A stretch of 64,000 nt of DNA from Felis catus (lineage: Eukaryota): positions 152,646,001-152,710,000 of the forward strand of contig NC_058368.1 of NCBI RefSeq assembly GCF_018350175.1, written 5' to 3'. A program made the translations under genes and the position numbers. Below are positions 24,951 to 38,859 of the stretch, one piece after another. Within the stretch, counting starts at the first letter, position 1; the number at the start of each line of letters is the position of its first letter. Under the pieces are notes generated by a model. It did not search any database. It was not told the origin of the DNA and worked only from the letters and a program-made list of their open reading frames with translations.

Positions 24951-26544
24951 TATTGTCACACATGGGATCCAAATTTTTGATGATGAGGCTACATAAAGGA
25001 TACCTTCTTCCTTTGCTCCTTATGTCTCCTGTAGACTTCTGAAGAGGGTTTAAATTTACCTTGAAGCTACCAGAGCTCAGGCTTCAGCCCCTAATATTTG
25101 TTTTTCTTTCTTACTTTTGTAGACTTCTTTGGGATCCTTAGCACATTAATATTACAGCTGTTTTATTTTCTAATATAAGCACTTCCTTAGGGAAGTCCTC
25201 CCTCAACCCTCCAATTAGGTTTTACATCATTCAGGTTCCTGTTTCTGTAGTAATTGCTGCTTTGGCCCATGAGTTTTTCTAGGGCTTTAAAAACAAATTT
25301 CCAAGTGATGCTGCTTTAGTTTTGTTTTTTGGTGTTGTTGATTCATAAATGAATTTTATTTTATTCAGAACACAAATGCTAGATGCTATCCAATGTTGGA
25401 ATTTGTTGTCAGGTTTTATAAACCTTTCTTGTTTCCTCAAAACAACATTGTCTTCTCTGATTGTTGGGTTATATTCTGTATGCCCATCAGATAGATTAAG
25501 CTTAATAACTGTGTTGTTCAGACCCTCCATATCCTTCCTAATTTTTATGTGCTTGATATATTAACTACAGAAAAAGAGAGAGAGAATATTAAAATCCCTC
25601 ACTTTGATGTTGTAGCAGCTTTTTCTTTACATATTTTGAAGCTCTGTTTTAGCTTATCTCCTGGTAGCAGGAGATTTGACATGTGACATTTGACATTTTG
25701 TTATTTTATAGTGACTGTCTTTATATGCTTTTTGCCTTCCAGTCTGTTTTGTCTCTAACAGACAACATTTCAGGAGGATTTGCCTGTTATCTCATGAACT
25801 TCAGAAAGAAGGAAATGAGCCCAGAAGGGTCTAAGATGGGAGGAATGTTGACTGAAGTTGAGAGTAAACATTTCGATAAACAAACAATATTAATGATTAA
25901 AACCTGTAATTCTAATGTTATACATTAAGAGTCAAGCAAAATAAGGTACAGCTTATGTTATAAAATTAGCATGTTAGTGGGGTTTGTGTGACAGATGACC
26001 GGTTTTAACTATTCTAAGATACTTACATTGTTCTATAGTTAGGTGAAGATATTTAACTTTAAACTTTTCTAAGCTTACAGGACAAAAATGAAATCTTTTA
26101 AAGAACAAACACATCAATCCACAAGCACAGCGAAGGGAAACAAAAGAAGAAAAAATAAAACTGAGTAAGAGCAGGGCAAAAAGTACAAATAAAATAGCAG
26201 AAAAAGATCTAAATGTAAAACTATAAGTGAATATAAATTAAACTCTTAAGTAAGAGCACAGAGATTATCAGAGAAGACCAAAAATGATAGAAGTCAATTA
26301 CGTGTTATTTATAAGGAATATGCATTAGGCAAAAGAACATAGAAAGGTTGAAAGCAAGAGAATGCAGAGGGGATAACAGCCTCTAACAATTTGGTATTTA
26401 ATTTTGTGCACTGTGATTTGAAAGGAGCCATACATTCTGTATGCTGCAGCTGTAACTAATGACTCTAAAACTTAATAGCTTAAAATAACTATTTATTTTG
26501 CTCCTAAGTCTACAACTTGGGTAGGGTTTTGTTGGCACAGTTAT

Positions 26545-27050
26545 CTCTTTTTGATTACAGCCATTCTAATAGAAGGAAAGTGATATTTTATTGTGGTTTT
26601 GATTTGCATTTTTCTGATGACTAATCATGTTGCATACCTTTTCCTGTACCTTTTGAGCCATTGGTATGTATTCTTCTCCAAAATGTCTATTCAGTTTCTC
26701 TGCCCATTTTTAAATCAGGTTGTTTGTCTTTTGATCCTGAGTTGTAGGGACTCTTTATATATTTTGGATATTAACTCCTTATCAGTATAGAATATGCAAA
26801 TAGTTTCTCATTCTGCAGGCTGCCTTTTCATTATGTTGATGGTTTCCTTGGTGTTGCAGAAGTTTTTTAGTTTGATGTAGTTTCTCTTGCTTGTTTTTGC
26901 TTTTGTTGCTTTTGTTTTTGGTTTCAAATTCAAGAAATCATTGCCAAGACTGATGACAAGGACCCTACCCCCTATATTTTCTACTAGGAGTTTTATGGTT
27001 TCAGGTCTTATGTTCAAGTCCTTGATTCATTTTGAATTGTTTTTATGTGC
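26545..27050 (-). mobile_element. L1 ORF2 C-terminal fragment (degenerate)
   Basis: ORF 26808..27017 (NIRPETIKLLVENIG...KLKNFC...KRQPAE) is L1 ORF2-like. Confidence 0.9.
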
Positions 27051-27652
27051 TTGTTTCATCCACAAATGATTATTTAAAAAAAAAATTTTTATTAGGAGTT
27101 GCAAACATGTGCTTTTTTAACTCAGTTCTTCTTGCCACATTAGCTGGAATTCTTAAGGAGGAACTTTTCCTTAAGAACTAGGCTATTTGGTTACACTGAA
27201 AAGGAGTTTACCCAGGATAGACAGGATAAATATTTAATTGTTCCCTTTTAAATGTTAATTTCAGAGTAAGCCATTGATGCTCTAGTTACTTTCAGTGGTA
27301 ACCAGTGAAATTTACTTATTTATTTAATTAATTTATTTTAGTATCCTTATGAACATAAGGATTTATATATTGAGTATGTTTCAAAGAGTTGCAATCGTTA
27401 CCTTCTAGATTCACAAAACTTTTAATCTTTGGCGAATGGGAACCCTTTCATGTTCCTCTGTCCCATTGGTGTGACCTCATTAATCTTTAATAACTTCCTT
27501 ACTCCAAGATGTTCAGGTTCATTTCACATATTTCTGTCCCCAGACATCAGTTATTCCTATAAGAAACCCTGGTTTTACTGGGGAATGGTGTTTAGAGACA
27601 AAAATCTGAGTACCAGTGATGCATTGTTACTGAGTTGTCATTACTTCTAAGC

Positions 27653-27871
27653 CTTTTTTTTTTTTTTACCTTTTTTTAATGTTTATTATTTCTAAGAGAG
27701 AGTGCACATGGGGGAGGGGCAGAGAGAGAGAGGGAGACACAGAATCTGAAGCAGGTTTCAGGCTCTGAGCTGTCACCAGAGTCTGATGTGGGGCTTGAAC
27801 TTGTGAACCGCGAGATGATGGATGACCTGAGCCGGTCAGGCTCTTAACTGACTGAACCACCCAGGCGCCCC
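27653..27871 (-). mobile_element. Can-SINE
   Basis: Antisense SINE; TSD tctaagccttttt. Confidence 0.9.
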
Positions 27872-28529
27872 ACTCTAAGCCTTTTTGATAGAGTCAGGAT
27901 ATGCGTATTTCACAAAGAAAAAAAGTTATGAAGTAATATTGGTATGTCGAATTTAAGTTTAACCTTACAGATACTTTACACAATTTCTTTGGTTTTATTG
28001 GCATTTGTCTTTTGTCTTATGTAATTACTTATTCTTTTATCCTGTAAACATGTATACTTTCAAAAGATATATTCCACAACATATAAAATGTGGCTCCAAA
28101 ATGTATAATCTATAATATAAAAATATAATTTAAACATAATAATACTGATTGTCACTGACAGTAAGAATATTGGATGAAGTACAAGCTTTCTTTGCAGCTG
28201 CATTTGTCCTTAGTATTTATTTTACTACGGTCAGATAGTCAAAATACTATGTTCTAGAGTCACTAGAAATAATTTTTTTGTCTGTGTGGTTATTATCATT
28301 ACTTGGTATATAGTTGCTTTATTTCAGTTTGTCCATATAGAGTTATTTTTGCAAAAGAAACATTGGCAACATAAATCAAGGGCTAGTAAAAATGGTTGTC
28401 TATAGAAGAGAGGAAAGGAATAGGTGGATGGAAGTGAGAACTATCTGAATAAACCTTGTTATATTGGCTGAAGTTTGGATTTATGTACATGTGTTACATA
28501 TTCTGAAAGAGAATTAGGTTAAAAAATGA

Positions 28530-28800
28530 TCAACACCAGGGTATGTCAAACAGTCTGTTGGATATGTGAGTCTGGAATTTAGGGAAGAATTTTGGCTGGG
28601 GATGTAAATTTAGAAGATTATGTTTAAAGCAGTGAGGTGGATGAGATCACAGTAAGAGTTAGTGGAGAAGAGGTCTGGGTCTGAGAACTAGAATAGTTTA
28701 TCATGCAGAGGTCAGGAAGAAGACAAGGATCCAGCAAAGAGGCTGAAGGTTATCTAGTGAGTGAGAAGGAAAACCCAGATGAATGTGACATCAGTAAGCC
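28530..28800 (-). mobile_element. L2 fragment
   Basis: gttggatatgtgagtctggaatttaggg...ggatgagatcac...ccagcaaagaggctga. Confidence 0.65.
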
Positions 28801-28830
28801 TTATTTCTTCTGACTTAAGAAGAAGGAAGT

Positions 28831-28975
28831 GGAGGCACCTGGGTGTTTCAGTCATTTGGGGCGTCTGACTCTTGATCTTAGCACAGGTCTTGATTTCAGG
28901 GTTGTGTGTTCCAGCCCCTTAGTGGGCTTCACCCTGGGCATGAAGCCTATTTAAAAAGAAAAATTAAAATGAAGA
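28831..28975 (+). mobile_element. Short/older Can-SINE lacking the (CT)n region
   Basis: tRNA-like head, ctgggcatgaagcctatttaaaaa end; TSD-like aagaa...gaagtg. Confidence 0.75.
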
Positions 28976-29007
28976 AAAAAGAAGTGACTATCTGCCCTTT
29001 CAGTTAC

Positions 29008-29027
29008 TTTTTAAAATATTTATTTAT

Positions 29028-29083
<56 letters not shown>

Positions 29084-29219
29084 CATGCTCACAAGAAGGG
29101 GAGGGGCAAAGAGATTGGGAGAGAGAATCCTAAGCAGGCTCCACACTGTCAGTGCTGCGCCCATACAGGGCTTGATCTCATGAGTTGGATGCTTAATTGG
29201 CTCATCCACCCAGGCACCC
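29008..29219 (-). mobile_element. Can-SINE
   Basis: Antisense SINE with long (GA)n. Confidence 0.85.
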
Positions 29220-30658
29220 TTTAGTCACTTTTCCTATTACCATCGTTTTAGTTTATCCTAAGCCCCAGGTGAATATTTAAAGTTATAGAAGGCAACTGGA
29301 GTTAGGGAAATGGGAGATATTTAGAGTGGGAGTGTGATCTGATAATGGGAAAGCAAGTCCAAGTTAGAAGAGACTTTAAGTAAGCCAGTTCTTATAAAAT
29401 TTTCACTCTTAGTCTACCAACCTTCAGATACCTTCAACCCTCACAGTTGGTGTTGTTAAACTTAAGTGAAATTCTGGATTTAAAATAAGATCGAGTTAAA
29501 GTTGGAGGAATAAAAATAAACAAAAAAATTATCTTGCATGAATTGTAATAAAATACAGAGGAAAATGATATAGATCTCTCTTTTTTTTTTAAAGCCAGTT
29601 GATTAGCTGAAGTTTTATGATTGAATGAAGTCACACTTACTGTGATAGAAGTGAGGACAGAGTGGGTGGTATAACTTCAAAGTGTTTTGTTCCCTGAACA
29701 CATTCATCAAAGGCAAACTAATGAAAGAAGAAAGTCTGAGGGAGTCATTGCATATTTAGAAAAAAACTGTCTTATTTCAGTTTATGACACCAGATCTCCT
29801 AAGGCAGAGTTAAGAGATGAAAGATAGCGTAGTTGATGCACACAATGAATTCTATTAAAAGCTTCCTTTTCACTTGTGAATTTTCTTCAAAGCTAAGTTT
29901 TAGGTATGAGGAATTTCATAGAAGGATGTAGGATACATGTGTATGGGGAGGACTGTGTTCTGTCCTCGAGGAATGCATTGCAGCTGAAAGAAGAAATTGA
30001 GGAATGGAAGATGAAGAAAACAGTTTAGGAAAAGTAAAAGATGATGAGAGATTTTTTTTGTATTCTTATTTTGATTAAATAATATTTCTGCTTTTTTTTT
30101 ATTTTATGCAAACAGTTGGGTACTAAATATATCTAGAAGTTCCCAGTTTTGATAATGGATTGAGAATACATTCATACAATTCTGATTCTAAGAATGTAAT
30201 CCTTAGGTTCTGATTAAGCTCTGAGGACTTATATCCATAATTTTAGTTTTGGGATTTAGTTTCAGAGTTCGAATTCTTCATATTTTGCTTTTGAAAAAAC
30301 AGTATCAGGAGTGACTATAGTATAACATATTCAGTGAAGTGACTATGGAAAACATGGAAGGTGTAAAGAAACAGCAAAACTGCCTGAAACTTATTTACCT
30401 AAGGATGACCACTGTTCTTCCTGCATTTTCTAAGTGTATATTCACTTGTACACTTAAATAATTTAGTATTTACTTTTTGTTTTGTTTTAGATTAACATAT
30501 TGCATCATAAAATTCATTTAAAATATAACCTATGATATTTCATAATATGTTCTTCATTATGTTAAGTAATTATGTAATAAAAATTAAAGTGATGCATTAT
30601 GTTTGATTTGGGAGATTAATGTATATTAAAATGTCAGGATCCTGAACAGAAATGTTCA

Positions 30659-30848
30659 GGGGTGCCTGGGTGTCTCATTCGGTTAAGCATCTGACTCTTG
30701 ATTTCAGCTCAGGTCATGATCTCACAGTTGTGAGATAAGGCCTCGTGCCTTAGGCATGGAGCCTGCTTAGGATTCTCTTCTCCTTCTGCCCCTCTTGCCT
30801 GCTTGCTCTCTCTCTCTCTCAAAAAAGTTTTTCTTAAATTACAAAAAA
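30659..30848 (+). mobile_element. Can-SINE
   Basis: TSD agaaatgttca. Confidence 0.88.
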
Positions 30849-30854
30849 GAAATG

Positions 30855-31200
30855 TTCAAGTTATCTATTTCTGCATAAATCAACTACCCCAACATTTAGT
30901 AGCTGAAATTAATTTCTGTTGATTTCATATAGCTCTGGGGTTTGAAGGGATTAGCTGGACTCTTCTTCCTTGGGGCCAACCATAGAATTATAACCAGTGA
31001 GTTGCTGAGGGTGAAATAATCTGATGCTTAATCAGTCCCATGTCTGGGTTGTGATGTCATGTCTATACATGACATGTATGGGCAGTTGTCCAAGTATCTC
31101 TTTCTATGCAAGTCCTCCAAGTGGCTAGCTTGGACTTCCTCAAGGTATGGTAGTCTTACGTGGTAGATATCCTACATTGTGTTTGGCTTCTTTTAAGACA
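30855..31200. mobile_element. MaLR (MLT1-like) LTR remnant
   Basis: agttatctatttctgcataaatcaactaccccaacatttagtagc... resembles MLT1 ends. Confidence 0.5.
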
Positions 31201-31931
31201 AGCATTGCTGGAGCAAGTTGCTAAAAATTATTTTTTCCTAGAGTCCTGCTTCTTGACAGTGCTTGTGGAAACTGGTTTTGTTAATATGAATTGAGTGAGT
31301 TATGGCTGGTTAGTAAACATTAAGCAGCGTGATAAGAGTGTCACATATCTTATTTCTTCTAAACCTCATGACTGCCCTTTGAGGTAGATGATTTAAACCC
31401 ACATTTTCATGAGAAATCTGAGGTTTAGAGATATAGCTGAGTTTTAGAGACACTAAGCCACTTGCCAACCTAACACAGATGGTAGGGACAGAGCATGGAT
31501 GTGACCTAGGCCATACGACCTCAAAACAGTTGTTTATAATTTTCTGTAACACAGTTTCTTTTTTAAAATTAAAAAAAGTTTTAATGATTTGGAATGGGAC
31601 TAGGCTCGGTACAGAGGGGGATGCAAAGATAGATAAAGCATAACACCCCTTCTTAAGGAGACCAAAATATACTGCAGTTTTGATGCAATTGTAGATAAAA
31701 AAATAATATTATAAGTCATTTATAAGAGAGCAGTACTCAACTCATCTCCACTATATGGATGTAGAGTCAGGGAATAGAGAAAGAGGGTAGGTTGGGAGGT
31801 ATAGCATTTTGTTTTGGTTTGAGACATGTTTGAGGGACTGGTGGGACATCTGTATGGAGATACCCAGCAGTTAGTTGAGAGTGTCTTGAGGTCCACATGT
31901 AGGATTGGGGCTTTATTTAACAAGGATTATT

Positions 31932-32136
31932 GGGGCTCCTGCGTGGCTCAGTTGATTAAATGTCTGACTTCAGCTCAGGTCATGATTTCACCGTCTGTGG
32001 ATTTGAGCCCCATGTCAAGCTCTGTGCTGACAACTCGGAGCCTGGAGCCAGCTTGAGATTCTGTGTCTCCCCCTCTCTTTGCCCCTCCCCCCCTTTCTCT
32101 CTCTCAAAATAATAAACATTAAAACAAATTTAGAAA
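31932..32136 (+). mobile_element. Can-SINE
   Basis: TSD aacaaggattatt. Confidence 0.9.
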
Positions 32137-34840
32137 ACAAGGATTATTACCTACTGTAGTTAAAAGAGTTTGTTAGATACTGTGGGGTAGCTACATGGAA
32201 GTGTCTGGGTAGTTGACAATATGAGTCTAGTTCTGTAGGACGTAAGTAGATACCAATAGGGGAAAATTGCTTTGTGGTCATTATAGATTTGAAAAATGAT
32301 GGATTAAAGTTAAGTCTGTGTTTAGGCCTTCTTAGTACTTGTTTTTGCTTTAAATATTTTGAACATTTAAGAAAGTTTATATTGTATCCATACAAATATT
32401 ATTTCCTAAACATAGTTCACAAACCGTGTTTAGTTTGGCCAAAATGTGGCATAACTTTGCATAGAACACACTTTGGAAAACATACTTCTAAGAGCTTATG
32501 TGAAAGTTTAAAAGTTGGAATTTAAAGTCTTTTTATAGGGACTAGGAAAAGCTGAGATTTCTCAGATAGAAAGTTTAAATTTAATACTGAAAGGATGGAT
32601 AGAGTTGAGATGGAAGCTTGAAGAGGATGCAAGGCTGAGGTTGTGGGATTGTTCGCAGGTAAGAAGACTGAATTTGAAAGACTGGGAAGACTGGAGAGAG
32701 GGAGGGAGGGAGGAGAGAAGAGGAAGAGAAGAGGTAGAGAGATACAAGAGAATAAAGTCTTCAAGAAACGTGAAAGAATGAGTTAGAAGTATGGATGGTG
32801 TGTTACTCTTAGGAGTATGGGTGTTGCATTTTTGGAGACAGTCTATGGAGATGGAGGAAGAGAGAATTCTGAGGGAAGGAAAATTCTGAAATATAAACGT
32901 TCAGAAGTGGGCAGTTAATGTTGATGGGAATTCTGAATAAACATTGACTTCTCATGTATAAATGTGTACAATTCATTTCCCAATAACTGTTCATATATCT
33001 GTGTTGGAGGGTACAGTTGGGAGGTAAAAACTGATATAGAGAGGATTTAACTTGTCTTTACCTAGGGGAAAAAAACTTATTCAAGATGAAATTCTATTTT
33101 AATGTCTTGATTTTGGTCATGTTTACTGCTGCATGTCCAGGCCTTAGACAGTGGGCACATTGTAGACACTCAGCGAGTACTTTTTGAATGTTGCCGAATG
33201 TTGAATGACTGTTAGTTACAGCCACAGTTAAGACTGTCAGTAGGGTCCACATGCCACACATGGGTTTACTTTAAGCTCTTTAAAACTTGTGTGCATGAAC
33301 GAAAAGACTAAGCTCTTGAAGGGCTTTACGCTAAACTCTATAGCTGGAGTGAGCTGATTAGGAACAGTGTGGTCTGACGACCGCACTAAAGAGTGGTTTA
33401 GGTAGTTGTGTGGCCCTCATCTGAAAGATAGTGCTGACGTATGCCAGGAGCTGAGGTCAGTGTGGCGTGAGGGCCACAGACACCAGCAGGCCTAGGCAGA
33501 TGGAGGAGGACCGGGTTCAGACAGGGCACTGGGTGCTGAGGCTCCGTGGCAGCTGGATCACTGTTGTCTGGGAGATACCATACCTCCTTTAGGAATGCAT
33601 ATGGCACTGGAATTCTTAGAGCATGCAATAAGGGACCTCCAAGAGGTAAAGCTGGATTTCCTTCCAGCGTGATGCAAGGTGTTTTGAGTAGAATTTAATT
33701 TAATTTGGAGAAATAATGTCCTGGTGAGCTATTTGAACCATAAGTGTTGTGGACTAGTTCATACTTGTTACAGACTGATGATTCCAAGGAATTAATATTT
33801 TTCATTACATCACAGCTATAAGAAAATTTTAATCAAATTTAACCCTGTCATCACTCAGCATAGTACTAAAACAGAGTTTGGACTAGATTTAAAACAACAA
33901 AAATAAACACTATCTTTTAAGAGGAAGAAAAGAAGAAAAACATTTAACTTTGTAATATGTGTAGGCAGTAAATGATGACCATGAAACACCTGAAAGAGTG
34001 GACATTTAAAGTAAGAAATTAAAACAAAACAAACCAAACAAAAAAAACAAGAGAAATCAGAGTAGATGTTATGAGAAAAGTACAGATAATAGTTATAAAA
34101 CAAAAAAATAAGAGAGACTACAGCCAATATATTATTAGGCATTTGCTTTTCTATAAAGATGAATTTAAGTGAAACCTACCAAATATTTAAAATGAAAAAT
34201 CAGAAAAAAATAAAATGAAAAACCACAACATCTTGTAAAATGTTTTATACAGCTCAGACCCATTCCAGTGATCTGTTACTGATAAACTCCTATGCTTTCC
34301 TTAACCAGAAAGATTTCAAACTTTGCCATAGAATTTTTGAGTATTCTGATAGATGTTATTAACTTTTTTATCAGTAAAAAAACAACAAAAAACCAGCCTG
34401 AAATGTTTGCTCTGGAGTTAGTGGCACTTTCAAAGCGTGTTTACCAGGGTTTAATTGAGTCAGTGGAGTGTTTTAGCATTTGGAAATTTTGACCTGCTGG
34501 GTAGAGGTACTTCTGTAATTGTACCAAGCATTATAGAGGTTTATCAAAAGTGGATTTTAGGCTTTATCTTACAATTTTTATTTGTAAACTACTTATGTAA
34601 CTGGACAGCAAGGGAAACTCAATCTCAGTGATTTTCCTTAGGGATACAAGTATATTGACAAGCATTGTGGTATACTGAAATGACAGTAAATCTATTTCTC
34701 ACAAGTTCAATGTTTATGAGACAGGTAGAGAAATAATATTGTAAGGTCATTGGTTTCAAACTTCCTTGGATGGAAATGTTTGTAATTCAAGCTTAGGTTT
34801 TATAGGTTTCAAAGCCGTGAGTACTATAGAAGTTGGGGTA

Positions 34841-35335
34841 GGAGTGCCTAGGTGGCTCTGTTGATTAAACCTTCAACTCTTAATTTCAGCTCAGGTCATT
34901 ATCTTTTTTTTTTTTTTTTTAATTTTTTTTTTTCAACGTTTATTTATTTTTGGGACAGAGAGAGACAGAGCATGAACGGGGGAGGGGCAGAGAGAGAGAG
35001 GGAGACACAGAATCAGAAACAGGCTCCAGGCTCCGAGCCATCAGCCCAGAGCCTGACGCGGGGCTCGAACTCACAGACCGCGAGATCGTGACCTGGCTGA
35101 AGTCGGACGCTTAACCGACTGCGCCACCCAGGCGCCCCTCTCAGGTCATTATCTTGTGGTTTGTAGGATCGAGCCCCTCATCTGGCTCTGCACTGACAGC
35201 ATGGAGCCTGCTTGGGATTCTGTCTCTCCTTTCTCTGTCTGTACCCTACTTTAGCATGATTTCTCTTTCTCTTTCTCTCAAAATAAATAAATAAACTTAA
35301 AAAAAAAAGGAAAATGAATACGAATTAAAAAAAAA
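34841..35335 (+). mobile_element. Older Can-SINE split by a younger antisense SINE
   Basis: Head at 34841-34905, body resumes at 35140; outer TSD agaagttgggg. Confidence 0.88.
34906..35138 (-). mobile_element. Young felid Can-SINE (CpG-rich)
   Basis: Many CpGs retained, long T tract, perfect 16-bp TSD ctcaggtcattatctt (34890-34905 / 35140-35155). Confidence 0.95.
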
Positions 35336-35487
35336 GAAGTTGGGGAAAAAGTAAAGGGTGTTCAGATATTTTGGCTTCAAATTAAGGCTTTTATTAATAT
35401 TAGAATTTTGTACAGTTTTTGAGGCCCTGTGGAAAATTTGAAAATTGTCCAGTGAAAGGATTGAATATCTAAAAAGTATTTTGTTTA

Positions 35488-35595
35488 GGGGTGCCTGGAG
35501 GGCTCAGTCAGAAGAGTATGCAACTCTTAATCTTGGGGTTATGAGTTTGGATGCCACATTAGGGTAAAGATTACTTAAATAAAAATCAATAAAAA
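35488..35595 (+). mobile_element. Short/older Can-SINE
   Basis: ggggtgcctggagggctcagtc...agattacttaaataaaa. Confidence 0.75.
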
Positions 35596-35628
35596 GTTTG
35601 TTGTTTAAATTAGGAAAGTGGCTCCTTA

Positions 35629-35833
35629 GGAGTACCTGGGTGGCTCAGTTGGTTAAGCATCTGACTTTAGCTCAGGTCATGATCTCATGGTTTGTGGGTT
35701 TGAGCCTTGTGTCAGGCAGCTCAGAACCTGGAGCCTGCTTTGGATTCTGGGTCTCCCTCTGTCTCTGCTGCTACCCTACTCATGCTCTGTCTCTCTCTGT
35801 CTCTCAAAAATAAATAAGTATTAAAAAATAAAA
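35629..35833 (+). mobile_element. Can-SINE
   Basis: TSD ggaaa(g/a)tggctcc. Confidence 0.9.
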
Positions 35834-36388
35834 GGAAAATGGCTCCCTGCAGTGACAGTAGATTGTATGACACATAAGTATTTTGCAAATATGGAGGAGG
35901 AATTACTTAGCTGGATCACAAGTGATTGTCTAGCACTTTACCTAATTCATCTGAATATCATATATTTAGCCAGTGTGGTTACTTTAAAGAAACTACCTTA
36001 ACAAAATTCAGCAAGACCAAAGAACAAAATTTTTTTTTCATGTATCATTGTTAAACAAACAATTCTGTTTTGTGTCAGAGTTAATAAGTGAAAGTAATCA
36101 CCAGAAAACAGAATGTTAAGAGCAAAATTAAAGTTTACTTTTTGTTTAAACAAAAATAAATAATAAAAAACTACTCTTCTACTTGGAAATGAGAGAAACC
36201 TCAACTCTTCTAAGTAATAGTTGCATTATAAGAAACTAATATCTGCAGTAATAAACTTTTTAGACTACAACAGCACAAACTCAGCTTATCAAAACCTGTG
36301 AGATACAGTCAAAGCTGCACTTGGAGCAAAACCATAGCTTTAGGGAAGGAATAATGAAAACTAAATTAATTTTCAATTTATGAATCTT

Positions 36389-38010
36389 TTTTTTGATTTA
36401 ACTTTATTTTTTATTTTTTAAAATTGACATCCAAATTAGTTAATATATAGTGAAGCAATGATTTCAGTAGATTCCCTACTGCCCCTTACCCATTTAGCCC
36501 ATCCCCCCTCCCACAACCCCTCCAGCAACCCTGTTTGTTCTCCATATTTATGAGTCTCCTTTGTTTTGTCCCCCTCCCTGTTTTTATATTATTTTTGTTT
36601 CCCCTCTCTTACGTTCATCTGTTTTGTCTCTTAAAGTCCTCATATGAGTGAAGTCATATGATTTTTGTCTTTCTCTGACTAATTTCACGTAGCATAATAC
36701 CCTCCAGTTCCATCCATGTAGTTGCAAATGGCAAGATTTCATTCTTTTTGATTGCTGAGTAATACTCCATTATATATATATGTACACACACCACATTTTC
36801 TTTATCCATTCATCCATCGATGGACATTTGGGCTCTTTCCATACTTTGGCTATTGTTGCTAGTGCTGCTATAAACATGGGGGTGCATGTGTTCCTTCGAA
36901 ACAGCACACCTGTATCCCGTGGATAAATGCCTAGTAGTGCAGTTGCTGGGTCGTATGGTAGTTCTATTTTTAGTTTTTTCAGGAACCTCCATACTGTTTT
37001 CCAGAGTGGCTGCACCAGCTTGCACTCCCACCAACAATGCAAAAGAGATCCTCTTTCTCCTCATCCTCACCAACATCTGTTGTTGCCTGAGTTGCTAATG
37101 TTAGCCATTCTGACAGGTATAAGGTGGTATCTCATTGTGGTTTTGATTTGTATTTGCCTGATGACAAGTGATGTTGAGCATTTTTTCATGTGTCGGTTGG
37201 CCATCTGGATGTCTTCTTTGGAGAAATGTCTATTCATGTCTTTTGCCCATTTCACTGGATTATTTGTTTTTTGGGTGTTGAGTTTGATAAGTTCTTTGTA
37301 GATTTTGGATATTAACCCTTTATCTGATATGTCATTTGCAAATATCTTCTCCCATTCTGTCGGTTGCCTTTTAGTTTTGCTGATTGTTTCCTTCACTGTG
37401 CAGAAGCTTTTTATTTTGATGAGGTCCCAGTAGTTCATTTTTGCTTTTGTTTCCCTTGCCTCCAGAGACGTGTTGAGTAAGAAATTGCTGTGGCCAAGAT
37501 CAAAGAGGTTTTTGCCTGCTTTCTCCTTGAAGATTTTGATGGCTTCCTGTCTTACATTGAGGTCTTTCATCCACTTTGAGTTTATTTTTGTGTATGGTGT
37601 AAGAAAGTAGTCCAGGTTCATTCTTCTGCATGTCACTGTCCAGCTTTCCCAGCACCACTTGGTGAAGAGACTGTCTTTATTCCATTGTTTATTCTTTCCT
37701 GCTTTGTCAAAGATTAGTTGCCCGTACGTTTGTGGGTCCATTTCTGGGTTCTCGATTCTGTTCCATGGATCTGAGTGTCTGTTCTTCTGCCAGTACCATA
37801 CTGTCTTGATGATTACAGCTTTGTAGTATAGTTTGAAGTCTGGGATTGTGATGACTCCTGCTTTGGTTTTCTTTTTCAAGGTTGCTTTGGGTATTCGGGG
37901 TCTTTTCTGGTTCCATGCAAATTTTAGGATTATTTGTTATAGCTCTGTGAAGAAGGCTGGTGTTACTTTGATAGGGATCATGTTGAATATGTAGATTGCT
38001 TTGGGTAGTA
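36389..38010 (-). mobile_element. 5'-truncated, relatively young felid/carnivore LINE-1 (ORF2 C-terminus, 3'UTR, tail)
   Basis: ORFs 37067..37879 (270 aa) and 36770..37042 are the L1 ORF2 C-terminus ([13 protein letters not shown]...); perfect 16-bp TSD tcaatttatgaatctt at 36373-36388 and 38011-38026. Confidence 0.96.
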
Positions 38011-38859
38011 TCAATTTATGAATCTTAAGAAAATATTTTAATAAACCAATCAGGATAGAGAAATTGCTAAAGATTAAAGAAGAAAGTGGTGAATTAGAAA
38101 GCTGGAAATTTGTGGACTTGGTAAATAAATCCAAGGCCAAAATAGCCAAAATCAGTAGTCTTACTACTTCATTTTACAGATGAGGAAGTAAACTCACAAA
38201 GTTAAATGACTACCTAAAGTTGCCCAGCTAGTAAACAGCAGAGTACTCTAAGGACACAGCTGATAGGCCCTGATGTATTTTCTTTAGCATGAAGATTGGC
38301 ATTAACCAACCGGTCCATTAGTCTGAATTCTGGTGACAGTGTAGGCCCTATGAGGCTAGAAAATGGCTTGCAAGTGATATTGCTGGAGATGTTACAATTG
38401 CTTGAAGTAACTGGTTGCAAAAAATATGGTAGAAATCACGTGTCTGTTGGAGGTGGCTAGAACCTTGGGAAATAAGGGCACATAAGCATTACTACAACTT
38501 GGGATAATATAATCAAGAGTTTTATTAACAGAAGACAGAGTGAGTTTAGGTAGATATGACTTCAGAGAAATTGAGGAGCATAATCTGAAATTGATAACCA
38601 TTTGGCAGCACTTTTCATAAATTCATGGTATAGTGACTCTGTATTCCATTAATTCTATCAGACTGCCATACATAGTCCCTATATATTTTGATTAGGTTCC
38701 ACTGCTATGTCATATAGATTTACATTACAAAATGTACATAATGTTTTGGTGTTGGTACAGTTTTTAATAAGTAGATGATGGATGGAAGGAAGTTGAGCTT
38801 GTTTCCTTTAAAAGAAAGCAATACAGTTATTTTAAAAAGGGTTGAGTAGGCTGCACATA

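Noticed and set aside
36927..37301. 124-aa plus-strand ORF and similar hydrophobic ORFs over L1s
   Set aside because: Antisense L1 translations, a common spurious ORF class.
37067..37879. Longest ORF (270 aa) as a host gene
   Set aside because: It is an L1 ORF2 C-terminal fragment inside a 5'-truncated element.
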